Positions 1-8,708 of a DNA stretch of 28,013 bases are shown here, piece after piece; position 1 is the first letter of the stretch, and each line of letters opens with the position of its first letter. The notes under the pieces were generated by a model. It saw nothing but the letters and a program-made list of their open reading frames with translations. It made no database searches and was not told the origin of the DNA. Position numbers and translations under genes: made by a program. Origin of the DNA: a virus (taxonomy: Duplodnaviria > Caudoviricetes); IMG/VR virus record IMGVR_UViG_3300049844_000005, positions 1 through 28,013 of that record; one strand, given 5' to 3'.

Positions 1-2
1 TT

Positions 3-2438
3 ATTGGATATGTTGTAAAAAAAGCTGGTGGTAATGGTTCTGTTTTTGTTAAAATACAAAATACACAAGAATTATCAGAAAGCAGCGATGTGTTATTTAC
101 ATCATTAACAAATAACGATATACTTGCATTTGAAGGAGGGTCTGTTAATTTATGGAAAAATAAAACAATAGCCTCTGTATTAGGTTATACACCATATGAT
201 GCGTCAAATCCTGCGGGATATATTTCTACTTATACAGAAACAGATCCTATTTATACAGCGTCTAGTTGGTATAGTACTGTAAATAACGCTTCTAATTGGA
301 ATACTGCTTATGGGTGGGGAAACCATGCTTCTGCCGGATATGTACCTCAAGCAAGAACAATAACTATTAACGGTACATCTTACGATTTATCAGCAAATAG
401 AAGCTGGACGATAACCGCATCAGAAACTGATACGCTATCTACTGTTACGGCTAGAGGAGCCATTACCACTGGCGACATATACACCCCTAACAATGGTGGT
501 ATATTTTTCAACGGCAATGGAGTGTATGGTAGCGGAGTGTTTGGTAGAAATTTTGGACAAGACTTAGGTTTTAATTCAGGAGGAGCTGAGACAATGAGAG
601 CCTACTCTGGAGGATATGTTCAGGCTACAAATTCATTTAGATCTCCTATATTCTACGATTCAAATGATACAACATATTATGGCGATTTTAATAGTACAAC
701 TAGACAATACCAAGCTATATCATTTGGCGACAGTAGTAGATATAGCGCAATAAATACAACTATAAATGGCGCTGGCGCTGGAGATAAATTAATATTATAC
801 GGTGGTACATCAAATTATGATGCTAGGCTATTGGTTGGTGCTGATTATGATATGTTATTCAAGTCACAAGGTAATAGTGCTGGTAAGGGATCTTTTAAAT
901 TTTACTCGGGTCAAAATTGCAGTTTAGCGATGACTATAGATGGATCTCAATATACATCATTAACTGGAGGATTAAGCGTAGCCGGAAATACATCTTGGTT
1001 CGGAGGTTATGGAGGCGGATCAGGTCCTGGATTAGCTTTTGAGAATCAAAATACTTTCGCTAGAGTTGTATTCTGGGGATTGGATTTTTATGATTGGAAT
1101 AACGGTACTCAAATGGTTATTAATGACGGATATGTATTAGCTAATAACAGTATGCGTTCTCCTATTTTTTACGACTCTAACAATACTGGATATTATGTAG
1201 ATCCAGCGTCTACGAGTGTTTTATCAAGCTTAAACCTAACCGGTCAACAAAATTTCACAACGCAAGGAGCAAAAGTGTATTTTGGAGATAATACTATAGG
1301 TAATCCGTTATGTATAGGAGAAGGCTTAATAGATACTTTAGGTGTTGACTCTGATTTTATGACGATTTATGGTAGAAATTCAATTAGATTTTTTACAAAT
1401 GGAACTGTAGAAAAAGGTAGGTTTGATACAGATGGGTTCAAAGCTACAGTAATGTATGATTTAAACGATACTGGTTATTATGCAGATTTTAATTCTACAT
1501 CAAATTCAGCAATAAGAGTTAGGGGAGGTTCGTTACACGGTCCAAATCCAACATGGGGTAGTTATCTTTTAGTAGGAGGAGATGGCAGAAATGGATACAT
1601 AGACAGTACGACAACGGCTTCTGTATCTACAACTAATGGAAATTTACATTTAGATTCAGCAAGCGGATATAGTACTCATATAAATTATTATGATGGTAAT
1701 GATATAATATTAGGGGGAGGCGCGAATAATGAAATAGGTAGAGTTTATAACGCTGGGTACTTACAAATGAATGGAAGTGTTAGAGCCCCTATATTTTATG
1801 ACTCAAACAATACAGGCTTTTATTTAGATCCTGCATCTACTAGTAATTTAAATGGACTTAGCTTATCTAGCGCCAGTACATTTTTAGGAGGTCTTAGCAT
1901 TGTTAGAAATGGAGGAGGCAGCGATCCTTATGGAGTATTAGCTGTATCTTGCCCAAGTGGCGACAACTATGCTTACATGGGTTTCACTAGAAATGGCGTT
2001 ATTGGGATGGCAATGGGTATTGATACTAGTAATAATTATTGGATAGGTACATCTGGGGGTGGTCACAACTCGGTGAGAACAGGAACTTACATGACTGTTA
2101 GTAATGGAGGCACAATAACAGCTACAGCAGACGTAGTTGCTTATTCAGATAAGAGAGTAAAAGAAAATATAGAGACCATTGATAATGCACTTAATAAAGT
2201 TTTATCTTTAAGAGGCGTTACTTATAATAGGACTGATAAAGAAGACAAGTCGCAAAAAATAGGGGTTATCGCTCAGGAAATTCAAAAGATTTTGCCTCAA
2301 GTTGTTCAAGAACAAGAGGATGGCATGTTAGGGGTTTCTTACGGTAATATAACAGCGGTATTGATTGAAGCAATAAAAGAACAACAAACGCAAATAGAAG
2401 AATTAAAACAATTAGTTAACACATTAACAAATAAATAA
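3..2438 (+). CDS. Tail fibre/spike protein with C-terminal peptidase S74-type intramolecular chaperone (5'-truncated)
   Basis: The frame of ORF 90..2438 is open back to the window edge (IGYVVKKAGGNGSVFVKIQ...), so the true start lies upstream. Body is G/S/T/N-rich. C-terminus has SDKRVKENI...GVIAQE...VSYGNITAVLIEAIKEQQ plus a coiled coil, typical of S74 chaperones. Confidence 0.9.
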   Translation: MGYVVKKAGGNGSVFVKIQNTQELSESSDVLFTSLTNNDILAFEGGSVNLWKNKTIASVLGYTPYDASNPAGYISTYTETDPIYTASSWYSTVNNASNWNTAYGWGNHASAGYVPQARTITINGTSYDLSANRSWTITASETDTLSTVTARGAITTGDIYTPNNGGIFFNGNGVYGSGVFGRNFGQDLGFNSGGAETMRAYSGGYVQATNSFRSPIFYDSNDTTYYGDFNSTTRQYQAISFGDSSRYSAINTTINGAGAGDKLILYGGTSNYDARLLVGADYDMLFKSQGNSAGKGSFKFYSGQNCSLAMTIDGSQYTSLTGGLSVAGNTSWFGGYGGGSGPGLAFENQNTFARVVFWGLDFYDWNNGTQMVINDGYVLANNSMRSPIFYDSNNTGYYVDPASTSVLSSLNLTGQQNFTTQGAKVYFGDNTIGNPLCIGEGLIDTLGVDSDFMTIYGRNSIRFFTNGTVEKGRFDTDGFKATVMYDLNDTGYYADFNSTSNSAIRVRGGSLHGPNPTWGSYLLVGGDGRNGYIDSTTTASVSTTNGNLHLDSASGYSTHINYYDGNDIILGGGANNEIGRVYNAGYLQMNGSVRAPIFYDSNNTGFYLDPASTSNLNGLSLSSASTFLGGLSIVRNGGGSDPYGVLAVSCPSGDNYAYMGFTRNGVIGMAMGIDTSNNYWIGTSGGGHNSVRTGTYMTVSNGGTITATADVVAYSDKRVKENIETIDNALNKVLSLRGVTYNRTDKEDKSQKIGVIAQEIQKILPQVVQEQEDGMLGVSYGNITAVLIEAIKEQQTQIEELKQLVNTLTNK
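639..1841 (+). repeat. Four dispersed ~20-aa repeats within the tail fibre
   Basis: RSPIFYDSNDTTYYGDFNST (~639), RSPIFYDSNNTGYYVDPAST (~1155), ATVMYDLNDTGYYADFNST (~1443), RAPIFYDSNNTGFYLDPAST (~1782). Confidence 0.9.
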
Positions 2439-2440
2439 AA

Positions 2441-2794
2441 ATGGCAATTACTTACACATTTATTCCAACAAAAGTAGAGATAGCTCCGTCATTAGATGGA
2501 TTAGAAAAAGTTATTACTAGGGTAAGATATGATTATGAAGGAATAAACGAAGATGGCATTAAAGGAACGTTTGCTGGCGTAACACCAATGCCGACTCCTA
2601 CAGATTCTGAAAACTTTAAACCTTTTGAAGAGTTACAACCAGAAGATATTATATCTTGGTTAGAAGCTACTGCGGATAAACCTCATATGCAAATGCGAAT
2701 TGAAAAACAAATTAACGAACAAGTTGCTCCTAAGTATGTAGATACACCATTACCATGGGCTTCTGATGAAGAAACTGTAACACCAGAGGTATAA
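2441..2794 (+). CDS. Hypothetical protein, probable fibre-associated/assembly protein
   Basis: 117-aa acidic ORF 2 nt after the fibre stop, with a PLPW motif near the C-terminus; function inferred from position. Confidence 0.6.
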   Translation: MAITYTFIPTKVEIAPSLDGLEKVITRVRYDYEGINEDGIKGTFAGVTPMPTPTDSENFKPFEELQPEDIISWLEATADKPHMQMRIEKQINEQVAPKYVDTPLPWASDEETVTPEV

Positions 2795-2795
2795 C

Positions 2796-3314
2796 ATGAC
2801 AATGCCAGCATCAGGTACTATTAGTATGTCTCAAATAAATACTGAATTGGGACGTTCTAGTACTGCTCAAATATCATTAGACACTGCTGAAAATGGAGGG
2901 TATGCTACTATCAATACAAACAGTTCTAGCAGACCTTCTGCATCTAATCCAGCTTCATTATCGGAATGGTATTCATATAATCATTCAGCTGCTCCGGCAA
3001 ACTCTGTTACAATAAGTAGTACATATTATTGGAGTTATACTACTTTAAGTAGTAATAGTGCTTCAGGTACAATAACAATAACAGGATCTAGTGCTACTTT
3101 TTACGCTAGGGCTATAATAATAAATGGTACACCTACAGTTACTGCTAATATAAATATAGGTGGTAATACAAGATCAGCTGTAAGATCTAAAACAACAGGA
3201 ACAACAGATTCGTCACCTTTGGTTTTAGGACCAGGGACTTATTCATATACAGTCAGTTTATCACAAGCTCAAAACAGCGGTATAGCTGGAGGAATAGTAT
3301 TTACACAACCTTAA
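2796..3314 (+). CDS. Putative fibre-tip/adhesin-like virion protein
   Basis: N-terminal MTMPASGTISMSQINTELG motif of a kind often seen after phage fibre genes, followed by an S/T-rich beta-like domain. Confidence 0.55.
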   Translation: MTMPASGTISMSQINTELGRSSTAQISLDTAENGGYATINTNSSSRPSASNPASLSEWYSYNHSAAPANSVTISSTYYWSYTTLSSNSASGTITITGSSATFYARAIIINGTPTVTANINIGGNTRSAVRSKTTGTTDSSPLVLGPGTYSYTVSLSQAQNSGIAGGIVFTQP

Positions 3315-3328
3315 TAAAAAAATAAAAA

Positions 3329-3562
3329 ATGGCAATAATTGCAGAAAAGAGTGTTAATGCTCTAAATAAGTTATCAGTTGAAATGTCGGTTAATGTAGAA
3401 TCAGAAGGAGCTACTATTTCTTATCATCTATCTAATGATAATGAAAATGTAATATCTTTTGGTAGCTTTAGTGTTGACGAAGAGTTTTATTTATCTCATG
3501 GAACTGACAAAAAATATCTTCTTAACTTTGTAGTCGAACAACTAAAATTAACATTGGTTTAA
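3329..3562 (+). CDS. Hypothetical protein
   Basis: 77-aa ORF with A-rich start context that fills the gap between neighbours. Confidence 0.65.
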   Translation: MAIIAEKSVNALNKLSVEMSVNVESEGATISYHLSNDNENVISFGSFSVDEEFYLSHGTDKKYLLNFVVEQLKLTLV

Positions 3563-3563
3563 A

Positions 3564-3701
3564 ATGGCAAAAGCTAAAAACGAATCTATAAAAGTAGATA
3601 AGAAAAAAGTAAGTAGACCAGGCATTCATGCTAAGTCTAAAACGTCTTTGTCTAAAGGTTCTAAAAACTATAAAAAACTAAATAAAGGACAAGGAAGATA
3701 A
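3564..3701 (+). CDS. Small basic protein, 45 aa (not in ORF track)
   Basis: MAKAKNESIKVDKKKVSRPGIHAKSKTSLSKGSKNYKKLNKGQGR. Starts 1 nt after the previous stop, and its TAA overlaps the holin ATG (TAATG). Confidence 0.8.
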   Translation: MAKAKNESIKVDKKKVSRPGIHAKSKTSLSKGSKNYKKLNKGQGR

Positions 3702-4135
3702 TGAAATATATTAACTACATATTTGCATCATTCATACTGTTTTTTGTACCTATTTACGGATTGCTTATTTCTGTAGGTGCAGCAATAGTGTTAGACACTG
3801 TAACTGGTGTGTATAAAAGTATAAGACTAGAGGGTTGGAGAAGTATTAGAAGTAGAAAACTATCTAATGTAATAAGTAAAATGGCTCTATACGAAGTCTG
3901 TATTATACTTTTATTTGTGATAGACAAGTATGTACTTAACGAATTTGTAAAACATGCTTTTGGTTTTGAATTTATGTTTACAAAGATATGTGCTATTCTT
4001 TTGATTTTTACAGAGTTAGTATCAATAAAAGAAAACATTGAGGAGACATTTAAAATAGATATTTGGAAATTGTTAAAAGGAACGTTTAACAGAGCTAAAG
4101 AAATCAAATCAGATATTAATGAAATAACAAGCTAA
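3701..4135 (+). CDS. Holin
   Basis: About three hydrophobic segments, D-x-x-TG motif, ELVSIKENI motif, charged C-terminus; TAATG-coupled to the endolysin. Confidence 0.8.
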   Translation: MKYINYIFASFILFFVPIYGLLISVGAAIVLDTVTGVYKSIRLEGWRSIRSRKLSNVISKMALYEVCIILLFVIDKYVLNEFVKHAFGFEFMFTKICAILLIFTELVSIKENIEETFKIDIWKLLKGTFNRAKEIKSDINEITS

Positions 4136-4593
4136 TGCAATTATCAAAAAACTTATCATTATCAGAAATGATAATTAGTTCTGAGGCTAAAAGAAAAGGA
4201 ATAAGTAACCAACCAACTGAAGAACATATATCTAATATGAAAAAATTAGCTATAAACGTTTTTCAACCTATTAGAGAACACTTTAACTCTCCAATACATA
4301 TATCTTCTGGATATAGAAGTTTAGCTCTTAATAAGGCTATAAAAGGCTCTGCTACGAGTCAACACTGTTCTGGTGAAGCTATGGATATTGATATGGATGC
4401 AACAAGTATCACAAATGCAGAAGTATTCAATTATATAAAAGATAACTTAGCATTTGATCAATTGATATGGGAGTTTGGTACAAATGAAAATCCAGATTGG
4501 GTACATGTATCTTACGAGTCTACTGGTAAACAAAGAAAACAAATACTTAAAGCAGTTAGAAAAAATGGCAAAGCGTCTTATATTAATATTTAG
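4135..4593 (+). CDS. Endolysin, peptidase M15 family (Zn-dependent)
   Basis: ISSGYRS, SQHCSGEAMD and WVHVSY motifs; directly follows the holin. Confidence 0.9.
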   Translation: MQLSKNLSLSEMIISSEAKRKGISNQPTEEHISNMKKLAINVFQPIREHFNSPIHISSGYRSLALNKAIKGSATSQHCSGEAMDIDMDATSITNAEVFNYIKDNLAFDQLIWEFGTNENPDWVHVSYESTGKQRKQILKAVRKNGKASYINI

Positions 4594-5047
4594 TCTATTA
4601 CTGTTATTTTCTTGTGCATCTAGAAAAGTAGATGTATCTAAGACTTCTACTGAGGTAAAAGTTGATAGTTCTGTTGTTACAAAAGTAGATGGTACTTATG
4701 TTAAAGACAATAATGTTTTTGCAGAAGAAACTATTGATGAGGTTGAATATAAACCTTTGGATAGTTTAAAACCAATGGTTATAAATGGCAAGTCATATAT
4801 TAATACAGTTATAAAATCAAAGAAAAAGCATTCTGTTAAAACCGATAAAACCAAAGCTATAGCTAAAGTATCTTCTGTAAAAAAGTTAAATGTAAAAAGA
4901 GAGGGTAAAAAAGAATCTTTTGAGAAGCATGTAAAGAAAGAAACTAACTATTGGATGTATCTTTGGTTTTTAATACCAATCATAATTATATGGTTGTTAG
5001 AGAAATATGGTAAGACTATGTTTCCATTTCTAAAGTTTTTTAAATAA
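4565..5047 (+). CDS. Putative unimolecular spanin (lipoprotein with C-terminal TM segment)
   Basis: Start moved from 4475 to ATG 4565, giving MAKRLILIFSLLLLFS-C, a signal peptide II with lipobox. C-terminal TM segment YWMYLWFLIPIIIIWLL. Third gene of the lysis cassette. Confidence 0.75.
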   Translation: MAKRLILIFSLLLLFSCASRKVDVSKTSTEVKVDSSVVTKVDGTYVKDNNVFAEETIDEVEYKPLDSLKPMVINGKSYINTVIKSKKKHSVKTDKTKAIAKVSSVKKLNVKREGKKESFEKHVKKETNYWMYLWFLIPIIIIWLLEKYGKTMFPFLKFFK

Positions 5048-5054
5048 AAATAAC

Positions 5055-5064
5055 TATATTTGCA
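5055..5064 (+). promoter_or_regulatory. Bacteroidota-type -7 promoter element
   Basis: TATATTTGCA, intergenic, upstream of ATG 5088; matches TAnnTTTG. Confidence 0.75.
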
Positions 5065-5087
5065 TATAAATTTAATCAAATACACAC

Positions 5088-5366
5088 ATGAAAGACAAGA
5101 AAATTTCAGATATGGTTGAGAACCGTATCACAGATCACCAGTTATCAAAGATTCAATCATTCGAAGAATCTTTCAGAAAAGGAAGAGAAATGTTTGGAGG
5201 AATGACGCTTCAATATGAATTTCAAAAAGGATCTTTACTATCTCAAATTGCAGAGTTAGAAAAAGACTATGGTAAATTCAAACAAGATTTGAAAGAACAA
5301 TATGGTGATATAGACATAGATACATCAACTGGTATTTTCACAGTTAAAGAATCTGAAGAAAAATAA
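5088..5366 (+). CDS. Hypothetical coiled-coil protein
   Basis: 92-aa helical, charged ORF flanked by its own promoter element and a hairpin. Confidence 0.7.
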   Translation: MKDKKISDMVENRITDHQLSKIQSFEESFRKGREMFGGMTLQYEFQKGSLLSQIAELEKDYGKFKQDLKEQYGDIDIDTSTGIFTVKESEEK

Positions 5367-5371
5367 AAAAT

Positions 5372-5395
5372 AAGCCATCCTAACCGATGGCTTTT
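5372..5395. terminator. Intrinsic terminator-like hairpin, possibly bidirectional
   Basis: AAGCCATC-ctaacc-GATGGCTT with a short T tail and an upstream A run. Confidence 0.6.
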
Positions 5396-5408
5396 AAAAT
5401 TTAATATA

Positions 5409-5624
5409 ATGCAAGAAATAAGAAAAGTCAGCATAGGGAATGACTACAAAAACTCTATGCACTACGTTGTCGGACAACCTGTGTTCGGTAGTTACGTAAT
5501 ACACGTAATACAAAGGACAGATACTGGTATTGTTATATGGATTGAAAAAGACAAAGAAGTTCTTTGTTGGAAAGAGATTAATAACAACGTACCTATGGTA
5601 CTGGAATTTAACATAAATTTCTAA
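5409..5624 (+). CDS. Hypothetical phage protein
   Basis: 71-aa ORF with TTTAATATA-ATG start context; TAATG overlap with the next gene. Confidence 0.75.
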   Translation: MQEIRKVSIGNDYKNSMHYVVGQPVFGSYVIHVIQRTDTGIVIWIEKDKEVLCWKEINNNVPMVLEFNINF

Positions 5625-6199
5625 TGAAGTCTCCGTATAACTTTGTGGTGTCTCCTATTGGAGAGCAGTATAATAATACAAAAAACATTGGTGGAGTTGA
5701 GGTTACTTTTAATACATCATTAGATTTAGCTAAATATGTAAACAGGATAGCTGTAGTTATTGAATTACCAATATACTATAAAGGAGATGTAAAGGTTGGA
5801 GATATTGTTGTTGTTCATCATAACGTATTTAGAACCTATCACGATATGAAAGGTAGACAAACTAAATCACCAGAGTTTTTTAGAGATGATTTGTATATCG
5901 TAAGTCAAGATAGAATATATCTTTACAAGTCTAATGGTATATGGAAGTCTCACTTAAACTACTGTTTTGTAAAACCAATTGCTAGAATTCAAAATGAATT
6001 ACTACACTCTACAGAAAAAGAAGAGAAACATATTGGTGTTATTGTATATCCAAGTAAATATCAAGAAGGGAAGTTAAACTTAAAGAGCGGTAGTTTTGTA
6101 GCGTTCACAAAGAATAGCGAGTACGAGTTTAATATAGACGAAGAGAAGGTTTATAGAATGTACGACAGAGACGTTGTAATCGAATTAAATGAATTATGA
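5624..6199 (+). CDS. GroES/Cpn10-like co-chaperonin, apparently two tandem domains
   Basis: VKVGDIVVV in the first half. The second half has YCFVKPI...GVIVY...LKSGSFVAFTKNSEYEFNIDEEKVYRMYDRDVV, which resembles the GroES C-terminus. Confidence 0.6.
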   Translation: MKSPYNFVVSPIGEQYNNTKNIGGVEVTFNTSLDLAKYVNRIAVVIELPIYYKGDVKVGDIVVVHHNVFRTYHDMKGRQTKSPEFFRDDLYIVSQDRIYLYKSNGIWKSHLNYCFVKPIARIQNELLHSTEKEEKHIGVIVYPSKYQEGKLNLKSGSFVAFTKNSEYEFNIDEEKVYRMYDRDVVIELNEL

Positions 6200-6489
6200 A
6201 ACACGATCACGCACTATTAAAAGAAATGATCATAGAAGCAGCGTATAAGTCTGTAATAGAACTTATAAAGGTACTTGCTGATGAAATCATATCTGATGAC
6301 ACACTAGATGATATATCTGCTGATAAAATGAGGAATGCTGTTTTAGCAAAGAAAACTGCTTTAGACGATGCGTTCTATATTTTAGCAAAGATAGAGACTG
6401 AGAAAAATATGCTTGAAGGTAATCAAAAAGAAGAAGTAGATGAAGTCAAATTCCAATCATTCGCAGAAAAAAGAAGTAAAGGAAGATAA
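6196..6489 (+). CDS. Putative terminase small subunit
   Basis: 97-aa helical protein immediately upstream of and overlapping TerL; assignment is positional. Confidence 0.45.
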   Translation: MKHDHALLKEMIIEAAYKSVIELIKVLADEIISDDTLDDISADKMRNAVLAKKTALDDAFYILAKIETEKNMLEGNQKEEVDEVKFQSFAEKRSKGR

Positions 6490-8707
6490 TAGTCTATTTA
6501 GAATTATTAATAAAATAGATTCGAAAGACATTGATAGGTTAAACAAGAAGAAAGAATGGAAGTATGGGTATAACCCAGAGTTCGATGTTGTTGTTATATC
6601 TAAAGATGGTACTATTGGAGAAGTGTACGAAATACAGGGTCTTCACATAGCACTACCTTCAGTACCAAAAACAGTTTACAAAAGAGATAAGAAAAAAGAA
6701 GAGCAGTATTGGAGTCCATTCGAATACCCAAAAGAACTTCAAAAAATAACATCTGTATTTCAATGGAATGAATATCCAAACGAATTCAAGAACAAGTACG
6801 TTGAATATATAGAGAATGAATTTGACAGAAGAGAAGAAGGGTTTTGGTTCTACAATAATGGTACTCCAACTTACGTAACTGGTACGCATTACATGTACTT
6901 GCAATGGACTAAGATTGACGTTGGTCATGCTGAATTCAGAGAAGCTAATAGAGTATTCTTTTTGTTTTGGGAGGCTTGTGTAGCTGATGAAAGAAGTTAT
7001 GGAATGTGTTATTTAAAGAATAGACGTTCTGGTTTCTCATTTATGTCTTCTGCTGAATTAGTTAATACCGCTACACTTGCGCGAGATAGTCGTTTAGGTA
7101 TTCTATCGAAGACTGGTAATGATGCTAAAAAAATGTTTACTGATAAAGTAGTTCCTATATCTGGTAACTACCCTTTCTTTTTCAAACCAATCATGGACGG
7201 TATGGATAAGCCTAAAACAGAATTAGCTTATCGTGTACCAGCATCTAAAATCACAAAGAACAATATGTCGTCTATGAAAGATGATGTTGATGGATTAGAT
7301 ACAACTATTGACTGGAAGAATACTGCTGATAACAGTTATGATGGGGAAAAATTACTAAGACTTATACATGACGAGAGTGGTAAGTGGGAGGTTCCAAATA
7401 ATATCCTTAACAACTGGAGGGTTACTAAAACCTGTTTACGTTTAGGTAGAAGAATTATTGGTAAGTGTATGATGGGTTCTACATCAAACTCTATATCAAA
7501 AGGAGGAGGGAATTACAAATCATTATACAACGATTCTGACGTTACAAAAAGAAATGCAAATGGACAAACACTTAGCGGTCTTTACGCTTTATTCATTCCT
7601 ATGGAGTGGAATTTCGAGGGATACATTGATATATATGGTCAACCAGTATTCAGGACTCCTGAGAAACCTGCTAGGGATATTCAGGGAGGCTTTATTTACA
7701 CAGGTGTAATAGATTATTGGGAGAACGAAGTTAATGCCTTAAAAAACAATTCTGACGCTTTAAACGAATTCTATAGACAGTTTCCAAGAACAGAGAGTCA
7801 TGCATTTAGAGATGAAGCTAAAAACTCTTTATATGATTTGGCTAAGATATACGAACAGATTGATTATAATGATGGATTAGAGATAAACAGAATTGTAAAT
7901 ACAGGGAAGTTTGCTTGGAAGAATGGTATTAAAGATAGTGAGGTTATATGGCTTCCTAGTAGAGATGGTAACTTTAAAGTTACTTGGTTTCCTAATAAGG
8001 ATATGGCTAATAAGATAGAAATAAAGAATGGTAAAAAATATCCAGGGAATACACATGTTGGTGCTTTTGGATGTGATACGTACGATATATCTGGAGTTGT
8101 TGGAGGTGGAGGATCTAAGGGTTCGCTACACGGACTGACAAAGTTTAATATGGATGATGCTCCAAGTAACTTTTTCTTTTTAGAGTATATAGCAAGACCA
8201 AGGACATCTGAAGAATTTTACGAGGATTGTTTGATGGCTTGTGTATTTTACGGTATGCCAATTCTTATTGAGAACAACAAGGTTGGTCAGTTAAGATATT
8301 TCTATAATAGAGGATACACTGGTTTTTGTTTAAGAAGACCTGATAAGCATAAGAATGATTTGAGTCAATCAGAAAAAGAGTTAGGCGGTATACCATCATC
8401 TACTCAAGTAATTGAGTTGCACGCAAATGCATTAGAAGCGTATATAGATCAGCATGTCGGTATTGATTATAGTGGTCAATTTAGAGAGGCTGGTAAGATG
8501 GGTAACATGTTCTTTAACAGAACTTTATTAGACTGGGCTAATTATGACATAAGTAATAGAACTAAGTTTGATGCTACCATCAGCAGTGGTTTTGCTATAA
8601 TGGCTAATCAAACATATGTATCTAAGCCCATTAGAAATAATAAAGAAATAATGTTTAATTTTGCAAGATATTCCAATAAAGGATTACAAAGCGAATTATT
8701 AAGATAA
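6440..8707 (+). CDS. terL: Terminase large subunit
   Basis: Walker A-like KNRRSGFS, Walker B LIHDESGK, motif III-like MGSTSN, nuclease acidic motifs GCDTYD and FDATISSG; precedes the portal. Confidence 0.92.
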   Translation: MKSNSNHSQKKEVKEDNSLFRIINKIDSKDIDRLNKKKEWKYGYNPEFDVVVISKDGTIGEVYEIQGLHIALPSVPKTVYKRDKKKEEQYWSPFEYPKELQKITSVFQWNEYPNEFKNKYVEYIENEFDRREEGFWFYNNGTPTYVTGTHYMYLQWTKIDVGHAEFREANRVFFLFWEACVADERSYGMCYLKNRRSGFSFMSSAELVNTATLARDSRLGILSKTGNDAKKMFTDKVVPISGNYPFFFKPIMDGMDKPKTELAYRVPASKITKNNMSSMKDDVDGLDTTIDWKNTADNSYDGEKLLRLIHDESGKWEVPNNILNNWRVTKTCLRLGRRIIGKCMMGSTSNSISKGGGNYKSLYNDSDVTKRNANGQTLSGLYALFIPMEWNFEGYIDIYGQPVFRTPEKPARDIQGGFIYTGVIDYWENEVNALKNNSDALNEFYRQFPRTESHAFRDEAKNSLYDLAKIYEQIDYNDGLEINRIVNTGKFAWKNGIKDSEVIWLPSRDGNFKVTWFPNKDMANKIEIKNGKKYPGNTHVGAFGCDTYDISGVVGGGGSKGSLHGLTKFNMDDAPSNFFFLEYIARPRTSEEFYEDCLMACVFYGMPILIENNKVGQLRYFYNRGYTGFCLRRPDKHKNDLSQSEKELGGIPSSTQVIELHANALEAYIDQHVGIDYSGQFREAGKMGNMFFNRTLLDWANYDISNRTKFDATISSGFAIMANQTYVSKPIRNNKEIMFNFARYSNKGLQSELLR

Positions 8708-8708
8708 T

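Noticed and set aside
4475-4564. ORF-track N-terminal extension of the spanin
   Set aside because: It lies deep inside the endolysin gene; the signal peptide begins at ATG 4565.
5372-5395. Shared AAGCCATCC between this hairpin and the attenuator terminator as a repeat family
   Set aside because: Only 9 nt are shared and both are terminator stems; no leader ORF or alternative pairing was found here.
6440-6489. 50-nt overlap of putative TerS and TerL as a frameshift fusion
   Set aside because: TerL has its own ATG and I see no convincing slippery site; the exact start remains uncertain.
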